From assembly GCA_947630705.1 (NCBI GenBank), contig CANRIK010000002.1, positions 87,524 to 151,523 of the forward strand: a stretch of 64,000 nt of DNA, written 5' to 3'. This stretch comes from an uncultured Clostridia bacterium (GTDB lineage: Bacteria > Bacillota > Clostridia > Christensenellales > Borkfalkiaceae). The notes beneath the pieces are model-generated. The model did not search any database, had not been told where the DNA came from, and worked only from the letters and a program-made list of their open reading frames with translations. Shown one piece after another: positions 46,321 to 54,779 of the stretch. Within the stretch, counting starts at the first letter, position 1. Every line of letters begins with the position of its first letter. Both the position numbers and the translations under genes were made by a program.

Positions 46321-47241
46321 TCAATTTTCCGGCCGAACGTTGTCGATTTTTCCGTCTTTGAGCGTCACGGAAAAATACTTGACCCGATAGAGGTTTTTCT
46401 TTATGCGGTAAACGAGTCCGACGGCGAGGCTGTTCGGATGAGCCTCTGAAAAGCCGGAAGTGGGAGTGGTCACGCAGATGTAGTCGCCGAGATATTCTTT
46501 CAGTTTTCCCGAATGAGGCAAGAGTTCGGGGGAGAGATATTTCTTATAGTCGCCGCGGATGAGAACGCTCTCGAAAAAGGCAAATCGCATAACTTTTTCG
46601 TCTGCCTCGCTCTCCTCGATTTTCGAATTTATGAGGTTTAATTTCTTGCCGTCGTAAACGTATTCGAGCTCCGCCGCCGCACGGGTGCAGGTTGCGAGGG
46701 GAATCCTAACTTTGAAGGTGTCGCCGAATATGGCGCTTTCTGCCTCGTTTTCGAAAATCCTCTCTCCCGAAAGGGAAATGACTATAAGGGAGTCCTTCCC
46801 GTAGAGCGCGAGAACGGGATAGCCGGAAAGGGTATTCTCCTCGGCGCGGACTTCGGAAAATCTCTGACCGATTTCCGTAAAAAAGTAGCCGTCGCCCTCT
46901 ACCGAAAGGTAAATTCCGCCCTGCGAAAATACCGTTACGAGGTTTGCTCCGAAGCGGACCTGCAACAGCGCTTCAAGCCGCATATCCGCGCGCGTGAAGC
47001 GGCGTGCGTGCACGAACGCCTCGTCGTCCGCAAGACATACGTCCAGAAAGTCGGGAGGCGAGGACAGCAGTTTTTCGTCAATAAAGAATGTCAGCGGCAG
47101 ACAGCCTTCCGCCGAAATTTCTGCCAAAACTCCGTCGGCGAGGTCGAGTTCCGCGTATCTGCCGAACATGTCGAGCTTTCCGACGTATGCGCCGTTGAGC
47201 TTTAACGCCGCGTTTGATTGAGACGTGAAATACAGTCGCAT
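46321..47241 (-). CDS. hypothetical protein (306 aa)
   Basis: Long ORF with RBS AAGGTGG. No family recognised. Divergent from the Myb-like gene. Confidence 0.6.
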   Translation of the reverse strand: MRLYFTSQSNAALKLNGAYVGKLDMFGRYAELDLADGVLAEISAEGCLPLTFFIDEKLLSSPPDFLDVCLADDEAFVHARRFTRADMRLEALLQVRFGANLVTVFSQGGIYLSVEGDGYFFTEIGQRFSEVRAEENTLSGYPVLALYGKDSLIVISLSGERIFENEAESAIFGDTFKVRIPLATCTRAAAELEYVYDGKKLNLINSKIEESEADEKVMRFAFFESVLIRGDYKKYLSPELLPHSGKLKEYLGDYICVTTPTSGFSEAHPNSLAVGLVYRIKKNLYRVKYFSVTLKDGKIDNVRPEN

Positions 47242-47314
47242 TTTCCACCTTTTTTATTATTTAATGAATAGCTTTTCAAAAATATGTCAATATACGCCGA
47301 TACAGGAGGCTTAT

Positions 47315-47911
47315 ATGAACAAGATAAACGGCTATACGGAAGAAGAGGCTAAAAGCCTTGTTGAGTATATAGCGGAGGGAAAGAAGAGGGGACAGACCCT
47401 CTCGGCGCTGTTCGGCAGTTACGCCGAAAAGTCGGGCAGGGCAAAGGGCAGCGTGCGGAATTATTACTATGCCCTCTTACGCAGTACGGGCGACGGAAGA
47501 GTGCGCCAGATACTGCGCGGCAAGAATCTGCACGCAGAAAAAATTACTCCCTTTACCGAAGAGGAGACGGATAGGATTTTAAAGCGCATAATCGCCGAAA
47601 AACAGAAGGGAGTTTCGGTTCGCCGCGCCGTTCTGAATCTCTCCGGAGGAGACGACAGGCTCATGCTCCGTTATCAGAACAAGTATCGCAACGTACTGAC
47701 AAAACAGCCCGAGAGAATAGAAAAACTCATGCGCGAATGCGGTCTTGACGACAGCGGCGGCGCGAGGGCCCGTCTCGAAGAGGAAATAAACGGGCTCTAC
47801 GACAGGCTTGCGGAATCTCTTAAAGCCGAAAACAAAAAACTTACCGCCCTCGTTAAACGTCTGACCGACGAAAATTCCCTTTTGAAACTTCAAATAAAAA
47901 ATCTCGAATAA
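47315..47911 (+). CDS. double Myb/SANT-like (RsfA-like) DNA-binding protein with C-terminal coiled coil
   Basis: Two internal repeats (YTEEEAKSLVEYI...SVRNYYYALLR and FTEEETDRILKRI...MLRYQNKYRNVL), then a heptad-rich tail. Start at ATG 47315 after AGGAGG. Confidence 0.55.
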   Translation: MNKINGYTEEEAKSLVEYIAEGKKRGQTLSALFGSYAEKSGRAKGSVRNYYYALLRSTGDGRVRQILRGKNLHAEKITPFTEEETDRILKRIIAEKQKGVSVRRAVLNLSGGDDRLMLRYQNKYRNVLTKQPERIEKLMRECGLDDSGGARARLEEEINGLYDRLAESLKAENKKLTALVKRLTDENSLLKLQIKNLE

Positions 47912-47942
47912 ACTCGCTGTGTTTACTTCTTTGTAATTTACA

Positions 47943-48019
47943 GGGAAAAATTTCCCCAAAAATTGCGATCATATAGGGAATTTTGGTAAATATGAGTGAC
48001 TTATGGGGAAAATTTTTCC
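47943..48019. promoter_or_regulatory. palindromic GGGAAAA-N-TTTCCC operator-like sites upstream of the XRE gene
   Basis: GGGAAAAATTTCCCC 47943-47957, half-site TAGGGAATTTTGG 47974-47986, GGGGAAAATTTTTCC 48005-48019. AGGGAAAAATT abuts ATG 48046. Confidence 0.5.
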
Positions 48020-48045
48020 AAAATGGATAAAAAAAGGGAAAAATT

Positions 48046-48366
48046 ATGTTAAGGATAAGACAGCTCCGCGAAGAACGCGGATGGAGCCAGCGCGAGCTCG
48101 CATTTAAAATAAACGCAAATCCCAAGACGGTTAATTTTTGGGAGCGCGGCGTGAGCGAGCCCTCCGCCGGTTTTGTAATAGCTCTTGCGGACGTATTCGA
48201 GTGCACTGCCGATTACGTTTTGGGGAGAGAGGACGATTTGGGTTCGGTAAACGTTCAGAGGCAGCTGACGGGAGTGGAACAGAATCTTCTTACGGCATTC
48301 AACAGGCTCGCGCCGAAGGACGCGGAAACTCTCTGCGCGTTTGCGGAGTTTTTGAGCGCGCGGTGA
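48046..48366 (+). CDS. XRE-family HTH transcriptional regulator
   Basis: LREERGWSQRELAFKINANPKTVNFWERGVSEPSAGFVIALADVFECTADYVLG. Confidence 0.85.
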   Translation: MLRIRQLREERGWSQRELAFKINANPKTVNFWERGVSEPSAGFVIALADVFECTADYVLGREDDLGSVNVQRQLTGVEQNLLTAFNRLAPKDAETLCAFAEFLSAR

Positions 48367-48531
48367 ACCTACGGCCGAAAGCGTCATGAAAGAGTCGCCG
48401 TAAAAGACCCCGTGAAAAAGGCAAAGAGAAATAGTCTTTATGAAAAGGCGTTATGAAATATTTTACAGTATAACGCCGGAATTAATAACCATACTTTTTA
48501 AGAGGGAGAAATCCCGAGCATAAGGAGAAGT

Positions 48532-48729
48532 ATGGAAAAATTTTTCTTTGGCGCGATTGTGGGAATGGCCGCGGGCGCGTTGCTCGTCGCCAATAACTGC
48601 AAGTTGAGGAATCTCGTGAAGAAGAATCAGGAGGACCTCATGGAAAAGGCGGAAAACTATATCGACGAAAAACTCGAACAGCTTGAAAAGGCCGGAAAGG
48701 ATAAGAAGCAACAGAAAACCGCCGAATGA
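48532..48729 (+). CDS. YtxH-like small membrane-anchored protein
   Basis: FFFGAIVGMAAGALL anchor followed by a charged helix. RBS AAGGAG. Confidence 0.6.
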   Translation: MEKFFFGAIVGMAAGALLVANNCKLRNLVKKNQEDLMEKAENYIDEKLEQLEKAGKDKKQQKTAE

Positions 48730-48757
48730 TCCGCGTCCCGTCGGGCGCGGCACAAAG

Positions 48758-48792
48758 GGGAGCGGAGGCAGAGGCCTCCGCTCCCGAATTTT
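48758..48792 (+). terminator. intrinsic terminator
   Basis: GGGAGCGGAGGC-agag-GCCTCCGCTCCC followed by GAATTTT. Confidence 0.75.
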
Positions 48793-48794
48793 AC

Positions 48795-48823
48795 TTGATA
48801 AAAGACAAACGCCGTGATATAAT
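48795..48823 (+). promoter_or_regulatory. ruvX promoter, apparently leaderless
   Basis: TTGATA, 17 nt, TATAAT, then 6 nt (ATAGCC), then ATG 48830. No SD. Confidence 0.6.
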
Positions 48824-48829
48824 ATAGCC

Positions 48830-49255
48830 ATGGAAAGATATCTTGCCCTCGATATCGGGGACAAGCGCATAGGCGTGGCGGTCTCCGACCCATTCAATAC
48901 ATATGCGCTTCCCTCGTTTACTTACGTAAGGCGCGGCATTGCAACCGACATCGCGGAGCTCAAAAAAATCATAGCCGAAAAGGGCGCCACTGTCATAGTC
49001 TGCGGACTTCCCGTGAATTTCGACGGTTCCGCGGCGTTGCAGACGGAAAAGACCATGCGCTTTATCGAGGCGCTGAAAGCGGCGGTGGAGCTGCCCGTAG
49101 TGTGCGAGGACGAGAGGTTTACAACCGTCATGGCGCACGAGACGCTCATAGGCGAGGGCATGAAGAGAAAGGAGCGCAAGAATTATGTGGACGCTCTCGC
49201 GGCGGCGAACATTCTCGACGGTTATCTTTCGAAAATAAACAAAAAAGGAGTATGA
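48830..49255 (+). CDS. ruvX: Holliday junction resolvase-like RuvX (YqgF)
   Basis: LALDIGDKRIGVAVSD N-terminus, 141 aa. Confidence 0.9.
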   Translation: MERYLALDIGDKRIGVAVSDPFNTYALPSFTYVRRGIATDIAELKKIIAEKGATVIVCGLPVNFDGSAALQTEKTMRFIEALKAAVELPVVCEDERFTTVMAHETLIGEGMKRKERKNYVDALAAANILDGYLSKINKKGV

Positions 49256-49256
49256 T

Positions 49257-49541
49257 ATGAGCGAAGAAGAGGAGTACGAAGAGGAAATAATAGAGCTTTT
49301 GGACGACGACGGAAACACCGTTAAATTCAAACTTTTGGACGTAACCGAATACAAGGGAGAAAAATACACTCTGCTTCTCGCCGCCGAGCCGAACGACGAA
49401 ATAGCCGACGACGAGGTGATAATTTTCCGTCTCAACGAAAAGGAAGAGACCCTCGAACCCATAGATGACGAAAATCTTTTGGAGGAAGTTTTCGAGTTTT
49501 ACAGAACCGAAGCCGAAGAGGACGACGGCGAGGAAAATTGA
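49257..49541 (+). CDS. DUF1292-family acidic protein
   Basis: IELLDDDGNTVKFKLLDVTEYKGEKYTLL... Follows ruvX, as B. subtilis yrzB does. Confidence 0.8.
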   Translation: MSEEEEYEEEIIELLDDDGNTVKFKLLDVTEYKGEKYTLLLAAEPNDEIADDEVIIFRLNEKEETLEPIDDENLLEEVFEFYRTEAEEDDGEEN

Positions 49542-49544
49542 TTA

Positions 49545-49573
49545 TTGACAAATTCCGCGGTTTGTAATATAAT
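49545..49573 (+). promoter_or_regulatory. mntR-like gene promoter, apparently leaderless
   Basis: TTGACA, 17 nt, TATAAT (perfect consensus), then 6 nt (CTTGCT), then ATG 49580. No SD. Confidence 0.65.
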
Positions 49574-49579
49574 CTTGCT

Positions 49580-49948
49580 ATGAAACACAGCCAATCCATA
49601 GAGGATTATCTCGAAAATATACTTCTGCTGTCGCGCGAATCGCAGTACGTTCATCGCGTGGACGTGGCTCGCAGAGTGGGCGTAAGCCCTCCGGCCGTGC
49701 AGAAGGCCATAAAGATTCTGACGGCTTCGGGCTTTGTGGAGTGCGACGGAATGCATCTCCGGCTCACCCGAAAGGGCGCCGAATACGCCGAAAGCATTTA
49801 CGAGCGGCACTGCAATATCCGCGCATTTTTAATACTCTTGGGCGTAAACGAGGAGGACGCGGACGCGGACGCCTGCGAAATGGAGCACATAGTCTCCGAT
49901 TCCACCTATGCCGCAATGAAAGAATTTCTGAATAAAAACGGTAAATGA
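49580..49948 (+). CDS. DtxR/MntR-family metal-dependent regulator (short form)
   Basis: SIEDYLENILLL...V.RVDVARRVGVSPPAVQKAIKIL wHTH plus a helical metal-binding/dimerisation domain. 122 aa, no SH3-like domain. Confidence 0.85.
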   Translation: MKHSQSIEDYLENILLLSRESQYVHRVDVARRVGVSPPAVQKAIKILTASGFVECDGMHLRLTRKGAEYAESIYERHCNIRAFLILLGVNEEDADADACEMEHIVSDSTYAAMKEFLNKNGK

Positions 49949-49960
49949 ATGTAAAATAGC

Positions 49961-49998
49961 GCCGTTCCGAAGAGAGTGCTCTTCGGAACGGCTTTTTT
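49961..49998 (+). terminator. intrinsic terminator
   Basis: GCCGTTCCGAAGAG-agtg-CTCTTCGGAACGGC followed by TTTTTT. Confidence 0.85.
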
Positions 49999-50026
49999 AT
50001 ATGCTCTTTTTTGTTGCTGATTTTTT

Positions 50027-50064
50027 ATAAATCTGTTTACGCAATTTGATAAATCTGTTTACGC
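50027..50064 (+). repeat. direct 16-bp repeat, 22-bp period, upstream of a promoter
   Basis: ATAAATCTGTTTACGC at 50027-50042 and 50049-50064. Confidence 0.8.
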
Positions 50065-50069
50065 GACGT

Positions 50070-50149
50070 GAGGAAAAAAATTCCTCATATGCTTGACAAA
50101 AGGAAAAATATTCCCTATAATGTGACACGGATAGGGAAAATATTCCCTA
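50070..50149. promoter_or_regulatory. three palindromic operator-like sites bracketing the lipoprotein promoter
   Basis: GAGGAAAAAAATTCCTC 50070-50086, AGGAAAAATATTCCCT 50101-50116 (fills the -35/-10 spacer), TAGGGAAAATATTCCCTA 50132-50149 (just downstream of -10). Confidence 0.6.
50093..50121 (+). promoter_or_regulatory. consensus sigma-A promoter of the 651-aa lipoprotein gene
   Basis: TTGACA, 17 nt, TATAAT. RBS AAGAGG lies before ATG 50178. Confidence 0.7.
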
Positions 50150-50177
50150 ATTTAAGTAAAAGAGGTAAACAGAAAAC

Positions 50178-52133
50178 ATGAAAAAAGCCAAGATAGCGGC
50201 TGCGGTGATTCTTTCCGCGGCAATGTGCACAGCGGCAGTTGCGGTTGCCGGATGCTCCCAGCCTCAGCCCGAACCCGAGACCGAGAAATTCGAAATATCC
50301 AACTATGCCCATGCCCTCGACTCCGCGTATGCGAAAAAGAGCGGTATACTTGATTTAGCCGAGAATAATACCTATAAAACGATAGGCACTTTCGCCGAGA
50401 AAACGAGCTGGAAAGACGTTACGGTGCTCGACAACAGTTCGGGATTTGCGGACGTGACCAACAACGACGCCGACGTGGGAAACGAGAAGCCGGCGACTCA
50501 CACCCTGTACGATCTGAATAAGGATAAGGCAGTGGAAGCCGGAAACGCGCAAATCGAGAAGAAAAATTTGCCCTCATCGTACTCGCCGACATATTCCTAT
50601 TATGAATTGACGAAACCCACCGGCGAAGAGGCGGACGGATCCACCACATATAAATATATCGCTCCCGACGGCTCGGTTTTGGGCAGCGGCAACATTGTAG
50701 TTGCGGCTATGGGTACAAAACCCGAAATTACCTCCGTTGCGTCGAGTGTATTTGTAAAGGGCGAAAAAGAGGATGAAGTTTTCTCCGTTTATAAATTTAC
50801 GGAATATCATCCCACCGACGAAAATCCCTCTGCAAAGACCGAATATTATTACGCTCTGGGCAAAGACGATAACGGCAATATCATTTGGAAAAAGATCGAC
50901 AAGGACGGCTATTCGCAGACACCCTATGTCTATGAGCACGGCAAGAATTTAGGAATCTACAAGTATGAAGTAGTAGATTCCGAAGCCTATCCCGACGCCG
51001 AACTCGCCGGCTATCATTATACGGTGGAAGGAAACATGTATGAGTCGTACGTATATAACTGCGCTTTGACCTATTACGACGGTTCCGACGAAAAACTCGG
51101 TTCCGTAGACATATTAAACGGCGCGGTGATAGGACAGATGGGCAATTACGTCTATTACGCAACGATCACTCCCGTCTCCTCGGAAGCAACCACGGGATAC
51201 AATTTTGTGATTGATTCTTACAGTCAGTCGAAATACGATTATAAATTGTTCCGCTACGACTTTGTAAACGGCGCGGAGAGTTCGGAAGAGCTGACGACGG
51301 ATTACATTGTAATGCCTAAAAGGATTTCGAGAGACAGCGAGGCGCCTTTAAGCGATTGCTATACCTCGCTCTACAATTACTCCGCCGACAAATTCGATAA
51401 AATGACGGTCAGCGTCTGCGAGAAGATTGACGGAGTTGCTTATGTAAATGAGTATTCGACGGAAAGAACATATCTTATAGACGAAAGCGGCGAGGTCGAA
51501 ATGGATCTTACCAACAAAAGCATTGACCTTGCAAACACGTATAAATTGTCCGATACGAGATATCTCTGCGGCATGAATATTTACGATGAAAATCTTGCGC
51601 CCATATCGCAGGTTCCCGAAATAGCTTCTTCCGCATCAATAAATGTCGGCGTGATGCCCGACAGTCAGAGAGTAGTAATATACGGCGGAGAGTACGGCGG
51701 CGGAATGTGGATGCTCGCTTCTTATGACGGCACGATAGATTTCTGCATCATGTACGGCAGCAACGTGCCCCATGCCTATAACGGTTCCGTCGCAGTTGAT
51801 ATGGGCGGCGGCACGTTTGTGATTTACAGCTCCGCTGCTCCCAAAGGCAAGACGGTGGATGAACTTCTCAACAAGGGCGAGAAAGACACCGTTGGCAATA
51901 TAGGAGGCAAACTGCTCTGGAAGAAAACGCCCGTTGATGGAAGCGAAGCACCGGCGCTCTACAATTATACCATTTACGATCTGACGGGCAAGGCGCTTAA
52001 AACTTTCAATAACTGCACAGACAGCGACATAGCTTCCAAAGTGACGATTACGGAAGATATGAAGGTTGTGGTTAAAGTAACCGTGCAGGACGCCACGACG
52101 AAAGAGAGCCAGTTGAAAGTATTCGTAGCTTAA
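50178..52133 (+). CDS. large secreted lipoprotein of unknown function
   Basis: Signal peptide with lipobox AVAGCS. 651 aa, Tyr/Asp/Gly/Thr-rich beta-type composition. No catalytic motif recognised. Confidence 0.75.
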   Translation: MKKAKIAAAVILSAAMCTAAVAVAGCSQPQPEPETEKFEISNYAHALDSAYAKKSGILDLAENNTYKTIGTFAEKTSWKDVTVLDNSSGFADVTNNDADVGNEKPATHTLYDLNKDKAVEAGNAQIEKKNLPSSYSPTYSYYELTKPTGEEADGSTTYKYIAPDGSVLGSGNIVVAAMGTKPEITSVASSVFVKGEKEDEVFSVYKFTEYHPTDENPSAKTEYYYALGKDDNGNIIWKKIDKDGYSQTPYVYEHGKNLGIYKYEVVDSEAYPDAELAGYHYTVEGNMYESYVYNCALTYYDGSDEKLGSVDILNGAVIGQMGNYVYYATITPVSSEATTGYNFVIDSYSQSKYDYKLFRYDFVNGAESSEELTTDYIVMPKRISRDSEAPLSDCYTSLYNYSADKFDKMTVSVCEKIDGVAYVNEYSTERTYLIDESGEVEMDLTNKSIDLANTYKLSDTRYLCGMNIYDENLAPISQVPEIASSASINVGVMPDSQRVVIYGGEYGGGMWMLASYDGTIDFCIMYGSNVPHAYNGSVAVDMGGGTFVIYSSAAPKGKTVDELLNKGEKDTVGNIGGKLLWKKTPVDGSEAPALYNYTIYDLTGKALKTFNNCTDSDIASKVTITEDMKVVVKVTVQDATTKESQLKVFVA

Positions 52134-52200
52134 CTATACTGTTCATAGCACTTCTTATAGAAGCATAGTAACCTTTTGGAGCGGCGGACGCCTTCGGGCG

Positions 52201-52274
52201 TCCGCCGCTTCGCATGTCTGTCGCTTTTCGCATATCCGCCGCTTCGCGCGTCTGTCTATCTGCCGCCGCTTCGC
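52201..52274 (+). repeat. three direct copies of TCCGCCGCTTCGC(R)(Y)GTCTGTC
   Basis: Copies start at 52201, 52235 and 52262. The first is the 3' arm of hairpin 52180-52210 (GCGGCGGACGCC-ttcg-GGCGTCCGCCGC), which has no U-tract. Confidence 0.7.
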
Positions 52275-52334
52275 ACATTGAAGTTTTTGACGGTATCACG
52301 ATAGGAAAAAAGAAAGATATGAGACAGAGAATTG

Positions 52335-52461
52335 TTGAATCGGCAATATATAAATATAAAAATGAGAAAATCGTAATAAGTAAAAATAGGCGAATCGGCA
52401 ATATATAAAAATAGGCGAATCGTCAATATATAAAAGTGGGTGAATGGGCAGTAAATAAAAA
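52335..52461 (+). repeat. five degenerate tandem 24-26-bp AT-rich units
   Basis: Units end in TATATAAAA or TAAATAAAAA. The two central units are ATAGGCGAATCGGCAATATATAAAA and ATAGGCGAATCGTCAATATATAAAA. They lie between the end structures of two convergent genes. Confidence 0.8.
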
Positions 52462-52494
52462 GAGGGCGCGGCGGAAAAATTCCGCCGCGCCCTC
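52455..52494 (-). terminator. intrinsic terminator of the kinase gene
   Basis: GAGGGCGCGGCGG-loop-CCGCCGCGCCCTC followed on the minus strand by TTTTTATTT. Confidence 0.85.
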
Positions 52495-52510
52495 CGTAAA
52501 GGAGATTGTA

Positions 52511-53545
52511 CTATCTTCTGATTTCGTATTCCTGATTCATGAGTTTTATTATCGACTCTTCGTCGTCGGTAATGTTGAAGTCGCCGTGCATGGTATGCTT
52601 TATTACTGACGAAGCCACGGCAAAGTTTATAATGTCGTCGGGCGCCATTTCGCGCATCAAAGCGTAAATCATACCGCTCGCAAAGGCGTCGCCGCCGCCG
52701 ACGCGGTCGAGTATGTTGAAGCGGAAGGTGCGGCTCTCGTAAGTTTCGCCGTTATACCAAAGGAAGGCCTTTAAACTGTTCTCGCTGCCGGAGTGTACGT
52801 AGCGTACGTGTCTGCCTATCGCCTTTATGTCGAACCTCTTGGAGATTTCTCTGAAAATTCTGTCCTGCTCCTTGTAAGAGGGATTGAGAGAGAGCCCGTC
52901 TTTCATATCTTTTCCGTCGGGCCCGGGAAGGTTGAGAGGCTCTATGCCGAAGAGCACGTCCACATAGGGAAGATACTCCGTAATGCAGTCGCGCGCCTCC
53001 TGCCAGCCCCACAGCGCGCTTCTGAAATTGCAGTCGAAACTTACCGTTATGCCCAATTCCTTTGCGGCTTTAAGCGCAAGCGTTATCAAATTGCGGCAGT
53101 TCTGGGAGAGCGCCGGGGTTATGCCTGAGAGGTGGAGCCAAGTGAAGCCGGCCAGCTTCTGCTTGAAGTCTATCGTCGAAAAATCGTATGTGGCAAAGGA
53201 GGAGTCCTTTCTGTCGTACGTAACTTTCGAGGAGCGCACGCCGAAGCCCTCTTCCAGAAAGTATATGCCCATTCTGCCCGTTTTGGAGTACACGCAGGGA
53301 GAACAGTGCACGTCGTTGGAGCGCAGATAGCGGATAGCCGCCTTGCCTATCGAGGATTCGGGAACAACCGTGAAATAAGAGGAGTCTATACCGAGGTTGG
53401 CGAGCGCCGCCGCAACGTTGGCCTCCGCGCCGCCGTAGGTCACCTTGAATTCGTCGGTCGTGCGTATCTTTTCGTAGTTGGGAGGCGAGAGTCTCAATAA
53501 AAGCTCGCCCATGGTTATAAATTTGATATCGGTTTTGTCAGCCAT
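52511..53545 (-). CDS. PfkB-family sugar kinase, 2-dehydro-3-deoxygluconokinase-like
   Basis: MGELLLRLSP N-terminal block, GGAEANVA, C-terminal GGGDAFASG anion-hole motif. Confidence 0.85.
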   Translation of the reverse strand: MADKTDIKFITMGELLLRLSPPNYEKIRTTDEFKVTYGGAEANVAAALANLGIDSSYFTVVPESSIGKAAIRYLRSNDVHCSPCVYSKTGRMGIYFLEEGFGVRSSKVTYDRKDSSFATYDFSTIDFKQKLAGFTWLHLSGITPALSQNCRNLITLALKAAKELGITVSFDCNFRSALWGWQEARDCITEYLPYVDVLFGIEPLNLPGPDGKDMKDGLSLNPSYKEQDRIFREISKRFDIKAIGRHVRYVHSGSENSLKAFLWYNGETYESRTFRFNILDRVGGGDAFASGMIYALMREMAPDDIINFAVASSVIKHTMHGDFNITDDEESIIKLMNQEYEIRR

Positions 53546-53626
53546 AGAAATTTCCCCCGAAATTTATTATCATAGTCAATTATATCACAAATTTTTTATT
53601 TGTACAGTACCATTTTCAATTTTTCG

Positions 53627-53655
53627 TTGCATTTTTCGGCTCAATGCGATAAAAT
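53627..53655 (+). promoter_or_regulatory. promoter of the dehydrogenase gene, very short or no leader
   Basis: TTGCAT, 17 nt, TAAAAT, then 9 nt, then ATG 53665. No SD. Confidence 0.5.
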
Positions 53656-53664
53656 AGCTTTGTT

Positions 53665-54609
53665 ATGAAAATTGCCATTGATACGGCCGCTTTTACCGAC
53701 GGCGAACTCGGTTTCGAAGAATTCGAAAAACTCGGCGAAACGGTGCGTCTGAACGAGCCGTCGAGAGAGGAGCTCTTCGCGCTCTGCGCCGACTGCGACG
53801 CAATAATAATAAACAAGATAATCATCGACGGAGAATTTCTCGACAGGTGCCCCGAAATAAAATACGTCGGGGTGTTCGCCACAGGCTACAACGTCGTGGA
53901 CACCAAACTCTGCCGAAGCCGCAACGTGACCGTCTGCAACGTGCCCGATTATTCCACGCACGCCGTTGCGCAGCACGTATTTGCGCTGATACTCTCGATT
54001 CTGGGCAAGATACCGCAGTATGCCGCCTCCGTTGCCGCCGGAGATTGGGTAAAGAGCAAGACTTTCTGTTATTTTCCCTTCGGAACGTACGAGATTACCG
54101 GCAAGACGCTGGGGATTTTGGGCTACGGGCACATAGGTCGGACGGTGGCGGATATCGCCTCGGCTTTCGGCATGAACGTAATTGTGTGCACTCGGACAAG
54201 ACCCGACAACTGCCCGTACGAGGTGACCGATTTCAGGAGCATGCTTGAAAAGAGCGATATAGTTTCTCTGCACTGTCCGCTCACTCCGGAGACCCGAACG
54301 ATAATGAACGAAGAGGCATTTTCCGCCATGAAAGACGGCGCGATACTCATAAACACCGCTCGCGGCGGACTCGTGGACGAGGCGGCTCTGACAGAGGCGC
54401 TGAACAGCGGAAAACTTTCGGGGGCCGGACTTGACGTCGTTTCGGAAGAGCCGATGAGGGCGGACAATCCTCTCCTTCACGCAAAGAACTGTCTTATAAC
54501 TCCGCACATAGCTTGGGTGCCCCTCGAAACGCGAAGGCGCCTTCTGAAAACGGCGGCGGAAAATCTGAAATGTTTTTTGGACGGCAAGCCGCAGAACGCG
54601 GTAAACTGA
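53665..54609 (+). CDS. D-isomer-specific 2-hydroxyacid dehydrogenase (glycerate dehydrogenase-like)
   Basis: NAD motif GILGYGHIGRTVA, catalytic blocks NTARGGLVDE and TPHIAW. Confidence 0.88.
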   Translation: MKIAIDTAAFTDGELGFEEFEKLGETVRLNEPSREELFALCADCDAIIINKIIIDGEFLDRCPEIKYVGVFATGYNVVDTKLCRSRNVTVCNVPDYSTHAVAQHVFALILSILGKIPQYAASVAAGDWVKSKTFCYFPFGTYEITGKTLGILGYGHIGRTVADIASAFGMNVIVCTRTRPDNCPYEVTDFRSMLEKSDIVSLHCPLTPETRTIMNEEAFSAMKDGAILINTARGGLVDEAALTEALNSGKLSGAGLDVVSEEPMRADNPLLHAKNCLITPHIAWVPLETRRRLLKTAAENLKCFLDGKPQNAVN

Positions 54610-54730
54610 AAAAACTTGATACGTATGGACTTTTCCGTAATAATGACGCAATAATATTTATACTCGGACGTAATATTCATAGGTCCGGAATCGCCGTTAT
54701 ACGGATTGAAAAACCGATTAAATAGAGAAC

Positions 54731-54766
54731 GGGCGCCGCGCTTTAATAAGCGCGGCGCCCCTTTTG
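54731..54766. terminator. bidirectional terminator
   Basis: GGGCGCCGCGC-tttaataa-GCGCGGCGCCC followed by CTTTTG. Confidence 0.8.
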
Positions 54767-54779
54767 TCGGATTTTTAAA

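Noticed and set aside
52335-52461. Possible CRISPR array
   Set aside because: The repeats are directly tandem and degenerate, with no intervening unique spacers. There are no cas genes in the window.
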